Shown: positions 13,109-25,790 of the stretch, one piece after another | Numbering within the stretch: position 1 is the first letter of the stretch | Layout of the letters: each line of letters starts with the position of its first letter | Source: Mobula hypostoma | Lineage: Eukaryota | Assembly: GCF_963921235.1 (NCBI RefSeq) | Contig: NC_086118.1 | Span: 24,926,001 to 24,990,000, forward strand | DNA: 64,000 nucleotides | Direction of reading: 5' to 3' | Position numbers and translations under genes: made by a program | Notes under the pieces: generated by a model | What the model was told of the DNA's origin: nothing | Databases searched by the model: none | What the model saw: only the letters and a program-made list of their open reading frames with translations

Positions 13109-13342
13109 TATTATGTTTTGAAACTTCAGAACATAAAACTAATTGAAAGAAAGCAGAGAACCAGGAATGTGTGTCTTAGTTTCATTTTTATTTTTAGTGA
13201 GATGTGTACATATGACATGGTGGCATGACGGTATATGCCATTCACATACTTTTATATATAATCCATAATGAATTATGTAAGTAGAAAAAAGCTGAATCAA
13301 ACAATATATTTACAATATTACTGAAATATTATATACACAACT
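13109..13342 (-). repeat. 5' LTR of Gypsy element
   Basis: Aligns with 8836-8993 plus 9578-9657 (shared cacatactttta.atataa.ccataatgaattatgtaa). Confidence 0.85.
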
Positions 13343-13984
13343 GTTTAGGCTATTTCAGAGATTAATATGAATATAATCATCATGTATAGCAGATGTTCCA
13401 TCTAATTTACTAATTACATTTGACTAATCAAAGTCATGACCCATCCTACAAAATGCCAGCTAACTTCTTCTGTATCCGTAATATTTCCTTTATTCCTAGT
13501 TTCTTTTTATGAGACAAGATATTCCTACTTGCTTTATTTTCTTCTGCATAATCCTTCCTAATAGTCGTCAGTCATTGCATGTTAAATTTTGTTGTTTAAA
13601 TGTTTTTAATCAGTATGTTAGCCCTTCTTTGAGCTATGTATTTACAACAGCTCCTATTTATATAACATCTTTAGCATAGCATAATTATCCTAAAGTTGCC
13701 AACAGAAATGCTACCAAGCAATAGGCAAAATTTCACATTCCCATAATACGTTCCAAAAAGCTTGCACTAGCAAACTCACTTAAACGTCAGTCATCAGTAC
13801 CTATTGTGCAATATAAAATTTGAGAGCTCTCAATTGTCTTTCTGTTGTAGTAGTTAAATATTTGTTATGTTGTTTCACTTAAAATTACCATAAATTAATG
13901 GTCTCATGCTAAGTTAGGATGAAAAAATTTAATGACGATCACTTCATGAAGTAGTTAATATGAATCATGATTAGTCGGTAGTTG

Positions 13985-14592
13985 GTCGAACACCTTTGCA
14001 AAAGGTGGGATTTCCCAGAGGCCATTCATTTCTATTCAACATCCCATTCCTATTCCAACATGCCAGTCCCTTTGGCTCCTCTGCTGACACAATGATGTCA
14101 CACCCAGGTTGGAGGAGCAAAACCTCATATTTCACCTGGGTAGCCTCCAACCTGACAGCATGAACATCAGTTTCTCTAGCTCCTGTTCATGTCTCCCCTC
14201 CTCTTTCTCTCTTTCTCTATTCCCTATTCTGGTACCCCTCTCACCCCTTCCCTTCCCATCACCTCCCCCTGGTGCCCCTCTTCTTTCTCTTTGTTCCAAG
14301 ATCCACTGTCCTCTGCTATCATAGTCCTTCTTCTTCACCTCTTTACCTCTTCCACCTATGGCCTCTCAGTTTCTTACTTCATCACCTTTCCCACCCATTC
14401 GCCTTCCCATCACCTGGTTTCACCTATGTCTTGCCAGCTTGTACTCTTTCCCTTTTCCCCACCTTCTTATTCTGGCTTCTTCCTTTCCAGTCCCGATGAA
14501 GGATCTCCATAGATGCTACCGGACCTGCTGGGTTCCTCCAGAATTTAGTGTCTGCTGTTCTGGATTTCCAGCATCTGCAGAATTTTTTGTGT
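13985..14592 (+). mobile_element. Penelope-like element 3' fragment (GIY-YIG C-terminus plus pLTR)
   Basis: EEQNLIFHLGSLQPDSMNISFS; pyrimidine-rich UTR; terminus with partly deleted hammerhead (cagtcccgatgaagg). Confidence 0.8.
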
Positions 14593-14693
14593 TTTTAATT
14601 TGGTACTTCAATTGTATGGCATTAGTTTTTTTAAAAACTAAAAACCATTAAAGTATTGACTAAAATGAGCAACTGGACAGTCTGTACTGTCAT

Positions 14694-14973
14694 AGGGGTG
14701 GCACAGAAGCTTAGCGATTAGCACAACAATTTACAGTACTAGAGACCAGAGTTCAATTCCTGCTGCCAGATGGGAAGATTTACGTTTTCCCTGTGTCTGC
14801 GTGGATTTCCTCAGGATGCTCCTGTTTCTTCCCACAGTACTGGTCGGTAGGTTATTTGGTCATTGTAAGTTGTCCTGTGATCAGGCTAGGGTTAAATTGG
14901 GGGATTGCTGGGCAGCGCATTTTGAGGAACCGCAATGACCTAGTCTGTGCTGTATCTGAATAAATAAATAAAT
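14694..14973 (+). mobile_element. HE1-like V-SINE
   Basis: tRNA-like head (GAGTTCAATTCC), V-domain-like gtgtctgcgtggatttcctcaggatgctcctgtttcttcccacag, (taaa)n tail. Confidence 0.8.
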
Positions 14974-16851
14974 TATTACCTTCGAGCTTGGTTCCTCACT
15001 TTTCTGATTCTGTACATATATTTCACATGAGAAAGTTTAAATGGTTTACATCTATTTTGCTTGACTGGCAACTAGTGAAAGAAGTTGCACTTGTGTAAAG
15101 AGTATATTGGGCTGAAAATAAACATCTCTTTAATGATAATTTCCCTTATAAAAATTCTCTGGCGAGAGGAACAGAGTGAATGTAACAGCCGACTGTCCTT
15201 TCATCAGGGCTCTCATGAACTTGCTACTTACAATTTCTGCCTAAAGAAATTATCACGTTCATGGTTTAGTGCACACAAAGTGAAATAGTAGAAAGGAGAA
15301 ATCCTTCCCCCCACCCCCCGGCTATCAAGTGTGGGTACGTTTGATGGAGTGATGGAAAAAAACTCCAGAATTTTGCTTCAGTTGGTGAGGAAAGAAAATA
15401 ACCAATTTGTTATGTTCAGTAGTTGCTGGGTGTATTTCAAGTGCAGAGAAAATTTAACATAATCCATTGTTGACTGCAAGGTGGATTAACTGGTTAGGTG
15501 GTTTCATTGATGTTCATTCTTTGGGCTGGGACTGGAATAATGCATTTTTGGGTGGAGTTACATTCCTTGACAAATATGAATTAATAGTAATATACAAAGG
15601 CCTGAAAATATGTGCAAGCATTTTTGTGCAAGTTAGTAACAATATAAGTTTGTACTAAATGATGTTGCTTTGGCTTGATCACCAATGACTATGCTACTAT
15701 TTTTAGCTTGAATCTTCTGTTCTTTCTCAAGTTTAGAGGATGACACTTTCAGTGATATATTGCCAGTGATAACACACCAGTGATATCTAACCTAACTGGC
15801 AGCAGAAGTGAAAATTGATAACAATTTAAAAGAATTTCCAGAGTAATTTTTCTCTCATTGGATTTGAATAGTTCTGTGTTTTTTTTCAAAGAAATTTTGT
15901 GTCATAGTCCAGTCATTTTGAGTGTGCATTATGTTTATATGTTCATGTTGTGGAAATAAAGGAGCTTATTTAATGTGCTGAGAAATGTCAGGTAAATTTC
16001 AAAGTGGTTTCACCTGCCCTAAGTTGTACTGTAAGCATGAATGTTTATAGGATTTTGGAGGAAGAAATATTACGGTCAATGTGAGATTGCTGCATGATTA
16101 ACAAAGAAAGATAATGAACTCAAGATTACAGTTGAAATACTTTTGCCCATGATTTAATTGGTTTTACTGCAGCAAGTCAGGCAAATGACATGTTGGAAAG
16201 AGGTTCAGCAAATTGTATAATTTAATGGATATGTGTGAGTAAATATTTGATTAAAATATGGAAAAGTATGAAAGTATACGGCCCATCCCCAGATTCAAAC
16301 AAGTTTGGTTTTTGCAGACATCCAAAAGTTGATTTTGTTTTGATACACAAAAAACGCCCAATATGGTAAATATATCTCCACAACATTGTAATAAAAGGCA
16401 TAAAAGCACATAAAACTGATGAGAAATAACTATCTCTAAAAGTGCAGAGAGAGAGAGAGAAATTGATTTTGTTATTTATAGGGATAAACATTGAACTGTA
16501 ATAATATTAGGGTAGCTCTTTTCTTAGTGTCCATAAGTTGGCTATTCATAACCCTGGGACAGCTTGTATTGCAAAATTGCAACCATTGGATTCAATGTGA
16601 ATGTACCTAAATACAGTAAGTGTGTTGGAGAAATAAATGGCAGGTTAATTAAAGACTTTTGTAGTATAGGTAATAATAAACTAAGTCTGTCACTGTCATT
16701 TTTACTGCAAGAATGTCCTCTGTAGAATGAAAGTAACCAAATTAAAATAATTTCAATAAATAGACCTTAGCATTTCAGATAAAGGCCATTCATCTGTCTG
16801 AGCCTGTGTTGGGATTGATAGTCCTGACCATGTAAGACTGTTGCCTTGTCA

Positions 16852-17415
16852 AAAGTTCAAAGTTCAAAATAAATTCTATTATCGAAAGGTACGTATATAT
16901 CACCATATACAGCCCTGAGATTCATTTTCCTGCAGGGTGTACTCAGCAAATCAATAGAATAGTAACTATAATAGGATCAATGAAAGATCAACCAGTGTGC
17001 AGCAGATAACAAACTGTGCAAATGAATATATAAATAAATAGCAACAAATCATGAGTACATGAGATAAAGAGTCCTTAAAGTGAGATCACTGGTTGTGGGA
17101 AACATCTCAATGATGGGCAGATGAGTGTAGTTATTCCCTTTTATTCCAGAGCCAGATGATTGGGGGGTAGTAACTGTTTCTGAACCTAGTGGTGCAAATC
17201 CTGAGGTCCTTGTACCTTCTTCCTGATGGCAGCAGTGAAAAAAGAGCATAGCCTAGGTCATGGGGACCTCTTCTGATAGATGATGCTTTCCTGAGACTGT
17301 GTTTCATGTAGATGTGCTTAATGGTTGGGAAGGCTTTAGCCGTGATATACTGGGCTGAATCCACTACCTTTTGTAGGATTTTCTGTTAAAAGACGTTGGT
17401 GCTTCCATACCAGTT
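16852..17415 (-). mobile_element. Rex1/Babar-like LINE 3' end
   Basis: LRKASSIRRGPHDLGYALFSLLPSGRRYKDLRICTTRFRNSYYP; tail of tttgaac-like repeats on minus. Confidence 0.8.
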
Positions 17416-17834
17416 ATTTTACTATTTTGGATATATGTTTATTGCCTATTATAAGCTATTCTGGATTTTGCTTCCACCATAAGAAGGCATTGGAGTCCTG
17501 GATGAGAAAAAGTCTAATTTATCTTGATAAGCATAATAATTAATATTCCATAATTTCTCTTGATTATATTTGCAATTGAACTTTTCACTTCAGTGCTGCC
17601 ATTCATTAAGATGGAATACCACTGTATGATTCATCATAATGCAGAATATCTCAATTATGTGAGAAACTTCTCAGAAATGTTCCCATTCCAAATTGAAGAA
17701 TAAATTATACTACACATTAACATGGTCCATAGTGTCTCGATAAACTTCATAATATATATGATATGATGGAATGACCCGTTATATTCATCAGCCAGGGATC
17801 AAAATGTTGTGCACGATGGGACTAAGTTCTGAGT

Positions 17835-18710
17835 TATGTATATTTCAATGCAACGAGATATTGCAGAAAAGGAGAATGAGCATAGGGTACAGATCAACAC
17901 GTGGAATTATGACATTGTGGCTACTAGTGAGTCTTGGTTGCAGAAGGGGCAGGACTGGCAGCTTGAAGTTCCTGGGTTCCATTGTTTTTGATGTGACAGA
18001 GTGGGAGGGTTAAAGGAGGAGGGGTGGCATTACTAGTCAAAGAAAATGTTATAGCAGTGCTCAGACAGGACAGACTGGAGAGGTCATCCACTGAGGCTAT
18101 ATGGGTACGTTAATGGGATTAAATTATAGACCACCCAATAGATAGTGGGATTTAGACGAGCAAATTTGTAGAGACATCACAGACTGTTGCAAGAAACTTA
18201 AGGCAGTGATAGTAGGTAATTTTAACTTTCTACAAATTGACTGGGACACCCACACTGTAAAAGGGCTGGATGGGACAGAATGTGTTCAGGAAAGCTTCCT
18301 TAATCAATGTTCAGGAAATCAATGCATAGAGGTCCCAGTGAGAGAATGTGTGCTACCAGATCTCCTATTAGGAAATTAGACAGGGTAGGTGACAGAAGTT
18401 TTTGTAGGGGAATACTTTGCATCTAGTAATCATAATACCTTTAGTTTCAAGATAATTATGGTGAGGAATGGGTCGGGTTCAGATTCTAAATTTGAGGAAG
18501 ACCAATTTTGATGGTATCAGAAAGAATCAGACAAGTGCAGATTACGACAGGTTGTTTTCTGGCAAAGGTGTGCTTGGAAAGTTGAAGGTCTTCAAAGTGA
18601 AATTTTAAGAGTACAAAATTTATACTGTATGTTCCTGTCAGAATAGAAGGCAAGGATAACAGATTTACGGAACCTTGGTTTTCGAAAGATTTTGGGGCCT
18701 TGGATAAGAA
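17835..18710 (+). mobile_element. CR1 ORF2 APE-endonuclease region, degenerate
   Basis: YFNA...WNYDIVATSESWLQ...GGGVALLVKE...YRPPN...VIVGNFNF motifs with stops and frameshifts. Confidence 0.85.
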
Positions 18711-19480
18711 ACTTCTGCTAAGATGGCAGGGCGTTTGATCACAGCGGCTCTACAGAGTCAAACAAAGGTACTGTTTTCCTTTTTAAATGTATTTTTTTTA
18801 TTATCACAAGACCCTGCTAGGCATTAAGAATTTAAAATGCAACTGGTCTACCACATCAGCAAGCTGCTCGTTGGCGGAGAAACTGAAGGAGTTGGACTTG
18901 CTGTGGATCGTGCTGCTGCCTGTGTCAGAGAGGCTTTGAAGGAGTTGGTGTGCAATGATGGCATGCATTCTAACAGCAAGTGATCATCTTATTCGTTTTT
19001 CTTGTCATCATGAGATCCTATTAGACATTGTTAATGTGGAATGCTGCAAGTCCGATTCACTGATTTATTTGCGGATGGCAGAGGTAGATATTGGGGGGAG
19101 CTGCGTGGCCTCAGTCATAGCAAGGACTAGGCCTGAAGCTGCAGTGTTACCTGCTTACAGCCACCCAGGATAGAGGCGTCTGAGTTGGTGTGCTCTGCCA
19201 GAAGTGGTGTGGCACGGCATCCAAGCGGAAATTAGTGCTGAGACCCCAGTATTCGTTCGGCATCTATTATGTTTGACTGCAGAAATATTGATGGACTCAA
19301 GGTCTGTACTTTTTGTGTGTCGTTATTTTACAGTTATCTTAAATGAGCTATATAGGCCTTGTGCTGTGTGTGAATCTTGGTACTGTGCTTTGCGCCTTGG
19401 CCCTGGAGTAACGCAGTTTCATTTGGCTGTATTCATGGGTATTCACGTATGGTTGAATGACAATTAAACTTGAACTTGAA
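18711..19480 (+). mobile_element. Unclassified non-coding retro-insertion nested in CR1
   Basis: Interrupts CR1 at an aagaa repeat; begins acttctgctaagatggc and ends in a LINE-like tail atgacaattaaacttgaacttgaa. Confidence 0.55.
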
Positions 19481-19559
19481 GAAGAAGATTGAGGAGCACA
19501 GAAGGTGTTGGCAGAAATGAACAAATGAGATAATTGATGAGCATAATAAAAAACCTCCA

Positions 19560-20466
19560 TGAAAATATAGGTGGGTGGGTTAGTAAGTTTGCAGATGATA
19601 TGAAGAGTTATGAGTAACGTAGAAGAATGGCATTGAATACAGGATATAGATCAATACAGATCTGGGCGGAGAATAGCAAGTGGAGTTTAACCCATCCAAA
19701 TTGAAGTTTTGCACCTTGGTAGGTCAAGCACAAAACGACAGTCCTCTGTTAAGGGTGCAATCCTTAACAGTGTTGATGAGCAGAGGGATCTTGGGGTCCA
19801 AGTTCATAGCTCCTTGAATGTGGCTACACAGCTTGATGGTTAAGAAGGCATGTGGCATGCTTACCTTTATTAGTCGAGACATTGAGTTTAAAAGTCAGGA
19901 AGTTGTGTGGCAGCTTTTTAAAACTCTGGTTAGATAGCAAATGGAGTATTGCATATAGTTCTGGTCGCCCCATTATGGGATATCAAGGCTTTGGAGAGGG
20001 CGCAGAAGAGGTTTACCAAGAAATTGCCTGGACTAGAGGGCATGTGCTATGAAGAGGTTGGAGAAACTTGGGTTGCTTTCCCTGAAGTGGCGGAGGCTAG
20101 GGAAAGTTTTGATAGAGGTTTATAAGATAATGAGAGGCATAGGTAGAGTAAAAGTTAACATCTTTGTTCTAAGGATTGAGATGTCTACTACCAGAAACCA
20201 TGTATTTGTGGTGAGAGGGGATAATTGCAAAGGAGAAATGAGAGGCAAGTTTTTTTTTTACACAGAAGGGTGGTGGGTGCCTGGAATGTGCTGTCTGGGA
20301 AGGTGGTAGAGGCAGAAACAATAGAAACTTTTTAGAGATGTTTAGATGGACACATGAATGTGAAGAATATGGAAGGATGTGGACATTGTGCAGAGAGAAA
20401 AGATTAACTTAGTTAGCCATTTGATTACTGATCTAATTGGGTCAGTACAACATTGTGGGCCAAATG
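19560..20466 (+). mobile_element. CR1 RT 3' half and tail (second family, nested)
   Basis: SKFADD motif at ~19583; LEKLGLLSLKWRRLGKVLIEVYKIMRGI; tail acaacattgtgggccaaatgg. Confidence 0.85.
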
Positions 20467-21575
20467 GGTAACTTATTGGAAGGTATTCTAAGGGACCAGA
20501 TATATAAGTATTTGGATAGACATGGACTGATTAAGGATAGTACAGAGCTTTTCATGAAAATTACCAGAAAATTTGATGAAGGCGGGCCAGTGATATTTCT
20601 ATCTGGACTTTACCAGTGCATCTGACAAGGTCTTGAATGGGATGTTGGCCAAGAAGGTTCAGTCGCTCAGCATTCAAGATGAGGGATCAGTGCTGAGCCT
20701 GTTGTTTATCATATGTATCAACAGTCTGAATGATAATGTAGTAAACTTAGTCAGCAAATTTACACATGACCCCAAGATTGGGGACATAGTGGACAGCAAG
20801 GAAGACTAACAAAGCTTGCAGTGGGATCTGAACCAGCTGGAAAGATGGACTGAAAAATGGCAGATGGAATTTAATGCAGACTAGTGTGAGGTTTTGCACT
20901 TTGGGAGAATGAAGGGTGAGTGACAGGGCATCAAAGAGTGCGGTAGTACAGAAGAATCTGGGAAGACGGATTTACAATTCTTTGACAGCGTAGTCACAGG
21001 TAAATAGGATCATAAAGAAAGTTTTTGGCCAATGGGTTTCATAAATTCAGTACAAGAGATAGGATGTTACGTTGAAGTTGTATAAGACATCGGTGAGGCT
21101 TAGTTTGGAGTATTGTGTTCTGTTCTGGGTCACCTACCTACATGAAAGTTATAAGTATGAAAGAAAGCAGAGAAAATTTACAGGGATGTTGTCAGTATAT
21201 GAGGACTTGAGTTATAGAGAAAAGTTGAATAGGTTAGAACTTTATTCCCTAGAACATAGGAGAATAAGGGAAAATTTAATAGAGATAAATGAAATTATGA
21301 TGGGTATAGATAGGGTAAATGCAAGCAGGCTTTTTCTGCTGAGATTGGGTGAGACTAGAATTGGAGGCCATGTGTTAAGAGGTAGTTTCTTCACTCTGAG
21401 AATGGTGAAGTGGTGGCTGTGGATTTTATTTCAATATTTAAGTGAAATTTGGATAGGTACATGGATGAAAGGGCTATGGAGGGCTATGGTCTAGGTGCAT
21501 GTTAATGGCACATTAATAGTTCAGCACAAAGTAGAAGGGCTGAATGGCCTGTTTCTATGCTTTAGTACTATCTAA
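20467..21575 (+). mobile_element. CR1 RT region to 3' end, deleted and degenerate
   Basis: GNLLEGILRDQIYKYLDRHGLIKDS; KWQMEFNA; LYKTSVRLSLEYCV...LSYREKLNRLELYSLEHRR; tail gggctgaatggcctgtttctatgct. Confidence 0.85.
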
Positions 21576-23432
21576 ATACATTTCAGAAATGAATGATTTT
21601 TAGTGTGTGATTGTTGTCATTTTTTGTTCCTTCTGATATTTTTGGAACACTTTTTGAAAGCATTTGCCATAATATTTTCAGAAGCCTCCAAATGAATGTG
21701 TAGGAACCACACCAGCTCTCGTTAAAAGCAACAAACCTAACATGCTTGTGTAGGAGTAAAAAAATCAGGTTCAAAGCATTTATATAACTATTCCTTTAAA
21801 ATTTGAAAAATAACATAATTCACATTCACTATAGCATGTCATCTAACAGAACCTATCATTAGTTGTATTTATATATATTTTTACTAAACACACATTGCTA
21901 GGCAAGGTAATAACGGCATAACAATAGACATTGGTAACCAGGGACCTGAGCAAACATTGAAAGCTGCTGAGTATCTCCTTAACCAATCAAATTGAAGCAC
22001 TGTGAAATAACAGCAACAAGTCAGAAAAGGAAGTGTAGATTAGAATCAGAAAGTACAATGTTAATTATGTTTAGAAGAATAAATGAAGTGGCAAGGGAGA
22101 ACAACTGGTTTAAGAAAGGGAAAAAATGCACAAAAATGAGATTTAAAATAATATAAATATCCAGAAATAGGGCAGAAATGAATTAGAAAGAATGGTCTTA
22201 CAAATTGTTGGAATGCCATGAAAGGAATTAGTCAAGAGCAAAGACTCCCGAATCTCCGTCATCTGATTCTCTCTGTGCGCAGAGGAGTGTCCAAAGGAAA
22301 ATGTGATCTGTATAATCCAGGCTGGGTTTGGGAGGCAAAGAGACTGAGCAGTGGGAGAGATTTGAACATCAGGTTCCTGATTGCAGCCTAGAAATGAGAG
22401 AGGCACAGACTCCCAGGTTATTGAGGATGTAGGTGTGGATATTGTGGTTTGGAATACCCTTAAGTACATTGAAGGGGTGTAGAAAATGAGGTATGATTTG
22501 CAGAGGTGAGTCATTGTGAGAGTTTGGGAAGATGGGATAGAGGGCAATTGTTGGGGGGGGGAGGATTCTGGTGGAGAGTTTGGTCTGTTGGGGATTAACA
22601 GTTGGAGAGTCAATGATCCACTCTGCCGTAATTAAATGAGTGCATGTCTGGTGATGAGATTGATGAATAGAGGGTGATTGGTACAGTTGTGGGTCTCTGA
22701 GGGTTGGGCATTAAATGATGGGATCTGCTTTGCTGATCAGAGTAATGTTATGAAAATCAAGTGGTCTCAGAGGTGTCACTTCCAGAACTATGAGGTCCAT
22801 ATTCCTCTGCAGTGCTTCAATGGCACATTGCGGAGAGAATGCCATCATTGAATGCTGGAAAGTTCTTCGCTGAATTTCAAAGTGATTAAGTTCACTTGAA
22901 ATGAAGAAGAGTGAGCTGGTATGTTGCTCCCAGCCACGAAAGGTCCATTTCAGTAATACTGAAATGCATATTGCAATACTATCAAATTTCTTGATGATTA
23001 TGAAGATGATGATATCTTTAGAAAATCTCTGAGATGAGTAATGTCTAGTTTCCTGTGCCAAGGAGGGCATAGTGGCCTAGACAAGTTATGTAACTTTTGC
23101 TTTCATTTTGGAGATAAGTACCTGACAACCACAATGGAACAAATCAAGACCATTTCCAGGTCAAAGCATGCCTTAAAAAATTCAGTTGATAACAAATCAC
23201 CATTATGCCAAGAGTACAGGATTTCTGAATTGGCTATGTACAAGGGCAGTATTCATTTGGTGTGCAGTGGCATTTTGGAGTGTTGTCCAAGAAAATCAGT
23301 CTTCTTTTTCAAGGAATGACTAACAGGGTTCCTTCTGGAACAACTAGCCTGTCATGCTGCTGCTATTTCAAGGATGTTCCCGATGGATTTCTGGAAATCC
23401 ATCCCAGTTAGAGTCATTTAATTTTTCTTCTG

Positions 23433-23965
23433 TCAGAATCAGGTTTATAATACCTGACATATGTTGTGAAATTTGTTATTTTGTGGCAGCAGTACAGTGC
23501 AAGACATAAATTACAATAAAATTAAAACAAGTAAGCAGTGCAGAAGAGGGATAGCGAGTTCATGGAGGTGGAAGGGAAGAAACTGTTCCTAAAATGCTGT
23601 GTTTTCAGGCTGCTTTACCTCTTCCATGATGGTAGTAATGAGAAGAATCATGCCCCAGGTGGTGAGAGTCCTCAATGATGGATGCTGCCTTTTTGAAACA
23701 CTGTCTTTTGAAGATTCCTTCATTGTGGGGAGGTTTGTGCCCTTGTTAGAGCTGGCTGGATCAGCAACTTCTTTCAATCCTATGCATTGGAGCATTCAAA
23801 CCAGACAGTGATGCAACCAATCAACATTTCTCCATTGTCTATCTACAAAAAAAATTGGCTAGTCTTTGGTTTCAAACTAAATCTCTTCAAACTTGTAATG
23901 AAATATAGCCTCTGGCCGGCCTGCCTTCATGATTAGATCAATACGCTGGGCCCAGGGTAGGTCTT
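23433..23965 (-). mobile_element. Rex1/Babar-like LINE 3' fragment
   Basis: Same family signature as 2265-2600 and 51960-52803 (cagaatcaggtttataatac tail; aatgatggatgctgcctttttga). Confidence 0.7.
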
Positions 23966-25107
23966 TTGAATGCACTCCTTGGCCTCCACATCTTCTCAGT
24001 GACCTTCCAGTCACCCCCATTATATGCCATGCTTAGGGTTTTGTTTACCAGTACACTGTTAGGTTTCTGATCCTCTCCCCAGAACGTGGTCTGGGGCCCA
24101 GACCGTTTCCTGCCACACAAAGCTGCATTGGTAAGGCCTAGTGTGACAGGCATGGCTGAATGTAGTCGCAATGAGGCTACTATCAAATGGACGTGCACAC
24201 AAATTACCTTGATCCTCGAACATCCTTTTATTTCCAGGCCCACATTGTTTAAAAAGGTACTTGAAATAATGTTAAGTACAAATAATGGGGTGTGCACATG
24301 GCATCTAACATGCTGTACAGATCATGAGGTAATGCGTTCAGTGAAGCAAACAGCACAATTTGGAGAGTGTCTTAAGAAAATTGAATGATATAGTTTGGGC
24401 TGCACTTTTGTCGCTTTTCCAGCAGCATATAAATAAGGAAAAGCACGATTGACCTCACTGTTTAATGAACATTTTTTAGTTTTGAGCTTTTCTCAGGATA
24501 CTTGGTCAATTAAATTGTAATTAAATTTCTTTTTCATTTCGAAAAATAATAAAATGCATACACGAAATACAAAATACAGTGCATGGTTTTCATTACATTC
24601 AAGAGTCATTATGTTCATAGGGTGTTATTGATTCTGTACATTCTTAGTGTTGGCACATTCTATAATTTCAGGTTGATGATTGTGCAGTAGCACCCGATGT
24701 CTGTCTTTCTGTCCCCGGGAACAGCCTGTTTGTTTATGCAGCTGTGCGGGTGAATTGAGGCATGGGCTCTTGCATTTGGCTCTACAACCTCCTTGCAGAT
24801 ACAGTCTGCCAATGATGACCATCTCTTCCCCACTGCAGCTTTCTGAGGGTAGTGTGTGTTGGAGATGATACAGTACATTGCCTGTACATGAAGAATATGT
24901 CTCTGAAGGCCCCTTTCACTGTCAAGCATGTGAGGTCTTGGTGCTTATTGGACATCCTGGCAGATCATTTGGACTCAGTATAAAACCCACAGAATCAATA
25001 ATGTCCCTATCCCTCTCTGTCTACAGAATGATCTGCACCTACCACTGCTGGATGGAATTAGAGTCAAAGGAGTTTTCTTGGAAGTAGTATTCCACAAAGG
25101 ATAAGTC

Positions 25108-25790
25108 ACAAATGAGAAAATCTGCAGATGCTGGAGATCAGAGTAATACACACAAAATGCTGGAGGAACTCAGCCGGCTGGGTAGCATCTATGGAAGAGA
25201 GTAAATAGTCAATGTTTTGGGCTGAGGCCCTTCATCAGGACTGGAAAAAAGAGATGAGAGGTCAGAGTAAGGGGGGGGAGGGAGGAAGTAGTACAAGGTA
25301 GTAGATGAAACCAGGAGAGAGGCAGGGGCGAGGTAAAGGGCTGGGAAGTTGATTGGTGAAAAAGTCACAGGGCTGGAGAAGGTGGAATCTGATAAGAAAG
25401 GACAGAAAGCCATGGAAGAAAGGGAAGGGGAGGGGCACCAGAGGGAGGTGATGGGCAGGTAAGCAGATGAGATGAGAGAGGGAATTGTGAATGGGTATTG
25501 GTGAAAGGGGGAGGGGGAAGGAATAATTACCAAAAGTTTGAGAAATTGATGTTCATGCCATCAGATTGGAGAGTAAGATGTTGTTATTCCAACCTGAGTG
25601 GTGCCTCATCATGCTTGTAGAGGAGGCCAAGGTCTGACATGTCAGAATGGGGGCTGGGAAATAGAATTGAAATGCCTGGCCACCATGAGATCCCACTTTT
25701 TCTGGCAGATTCCCATCACTTCCCTCTGTGGCTCATTTCCATAGAGGCCGCCTGGCCTGCTGAGCTCCTCCAGCATCTTGTGTGTATTAC
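25108..25790 (-). mobile_element. Penelope-like element 3' part (minus) with a short inverted pLTR piece (~25736-25790, plus)
   Basis: pLTR with CTGATGA hammerhead core at 25207-25243 (minus), GIY-YIG C-terminal remnant to ~25710, then an oppositely oriented terminus. Confidence 0.8.

Larger units (their letters stand above)
8836..13342 (-). mobile_element. Decayed Gypsy (Mag-like) LTR retrotransposon, internally deleted
   Basis: Two ~230-bp LTRs (13109-13342, and 8836-9657 interrupted); 5-bp TSD GTTTA at 8831-8835 and 13343-13347; PBS-like TGGTGATGA after the 5' LTR and purine tract AGGGAGAAG before the 3' LTR on minus; gag, protease and RT/RNaseH remnants in the expected order. Confidence 0.9.

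Noticed and set aside
14109..14651. Pro/Ser/Phe-rich ORFs here and at 25189, 43344, 44116, 59399 and 62017
   Set aside because: Translations of the pyrimidine-rich Penelope 3' UTR, not genes
22143..22720. 156-aa minus ORF and possible L1/Tx1-like remnant
   Set aside because: Low-complexity strand-biased sequence with no clear catalytic motif; too decayed to call
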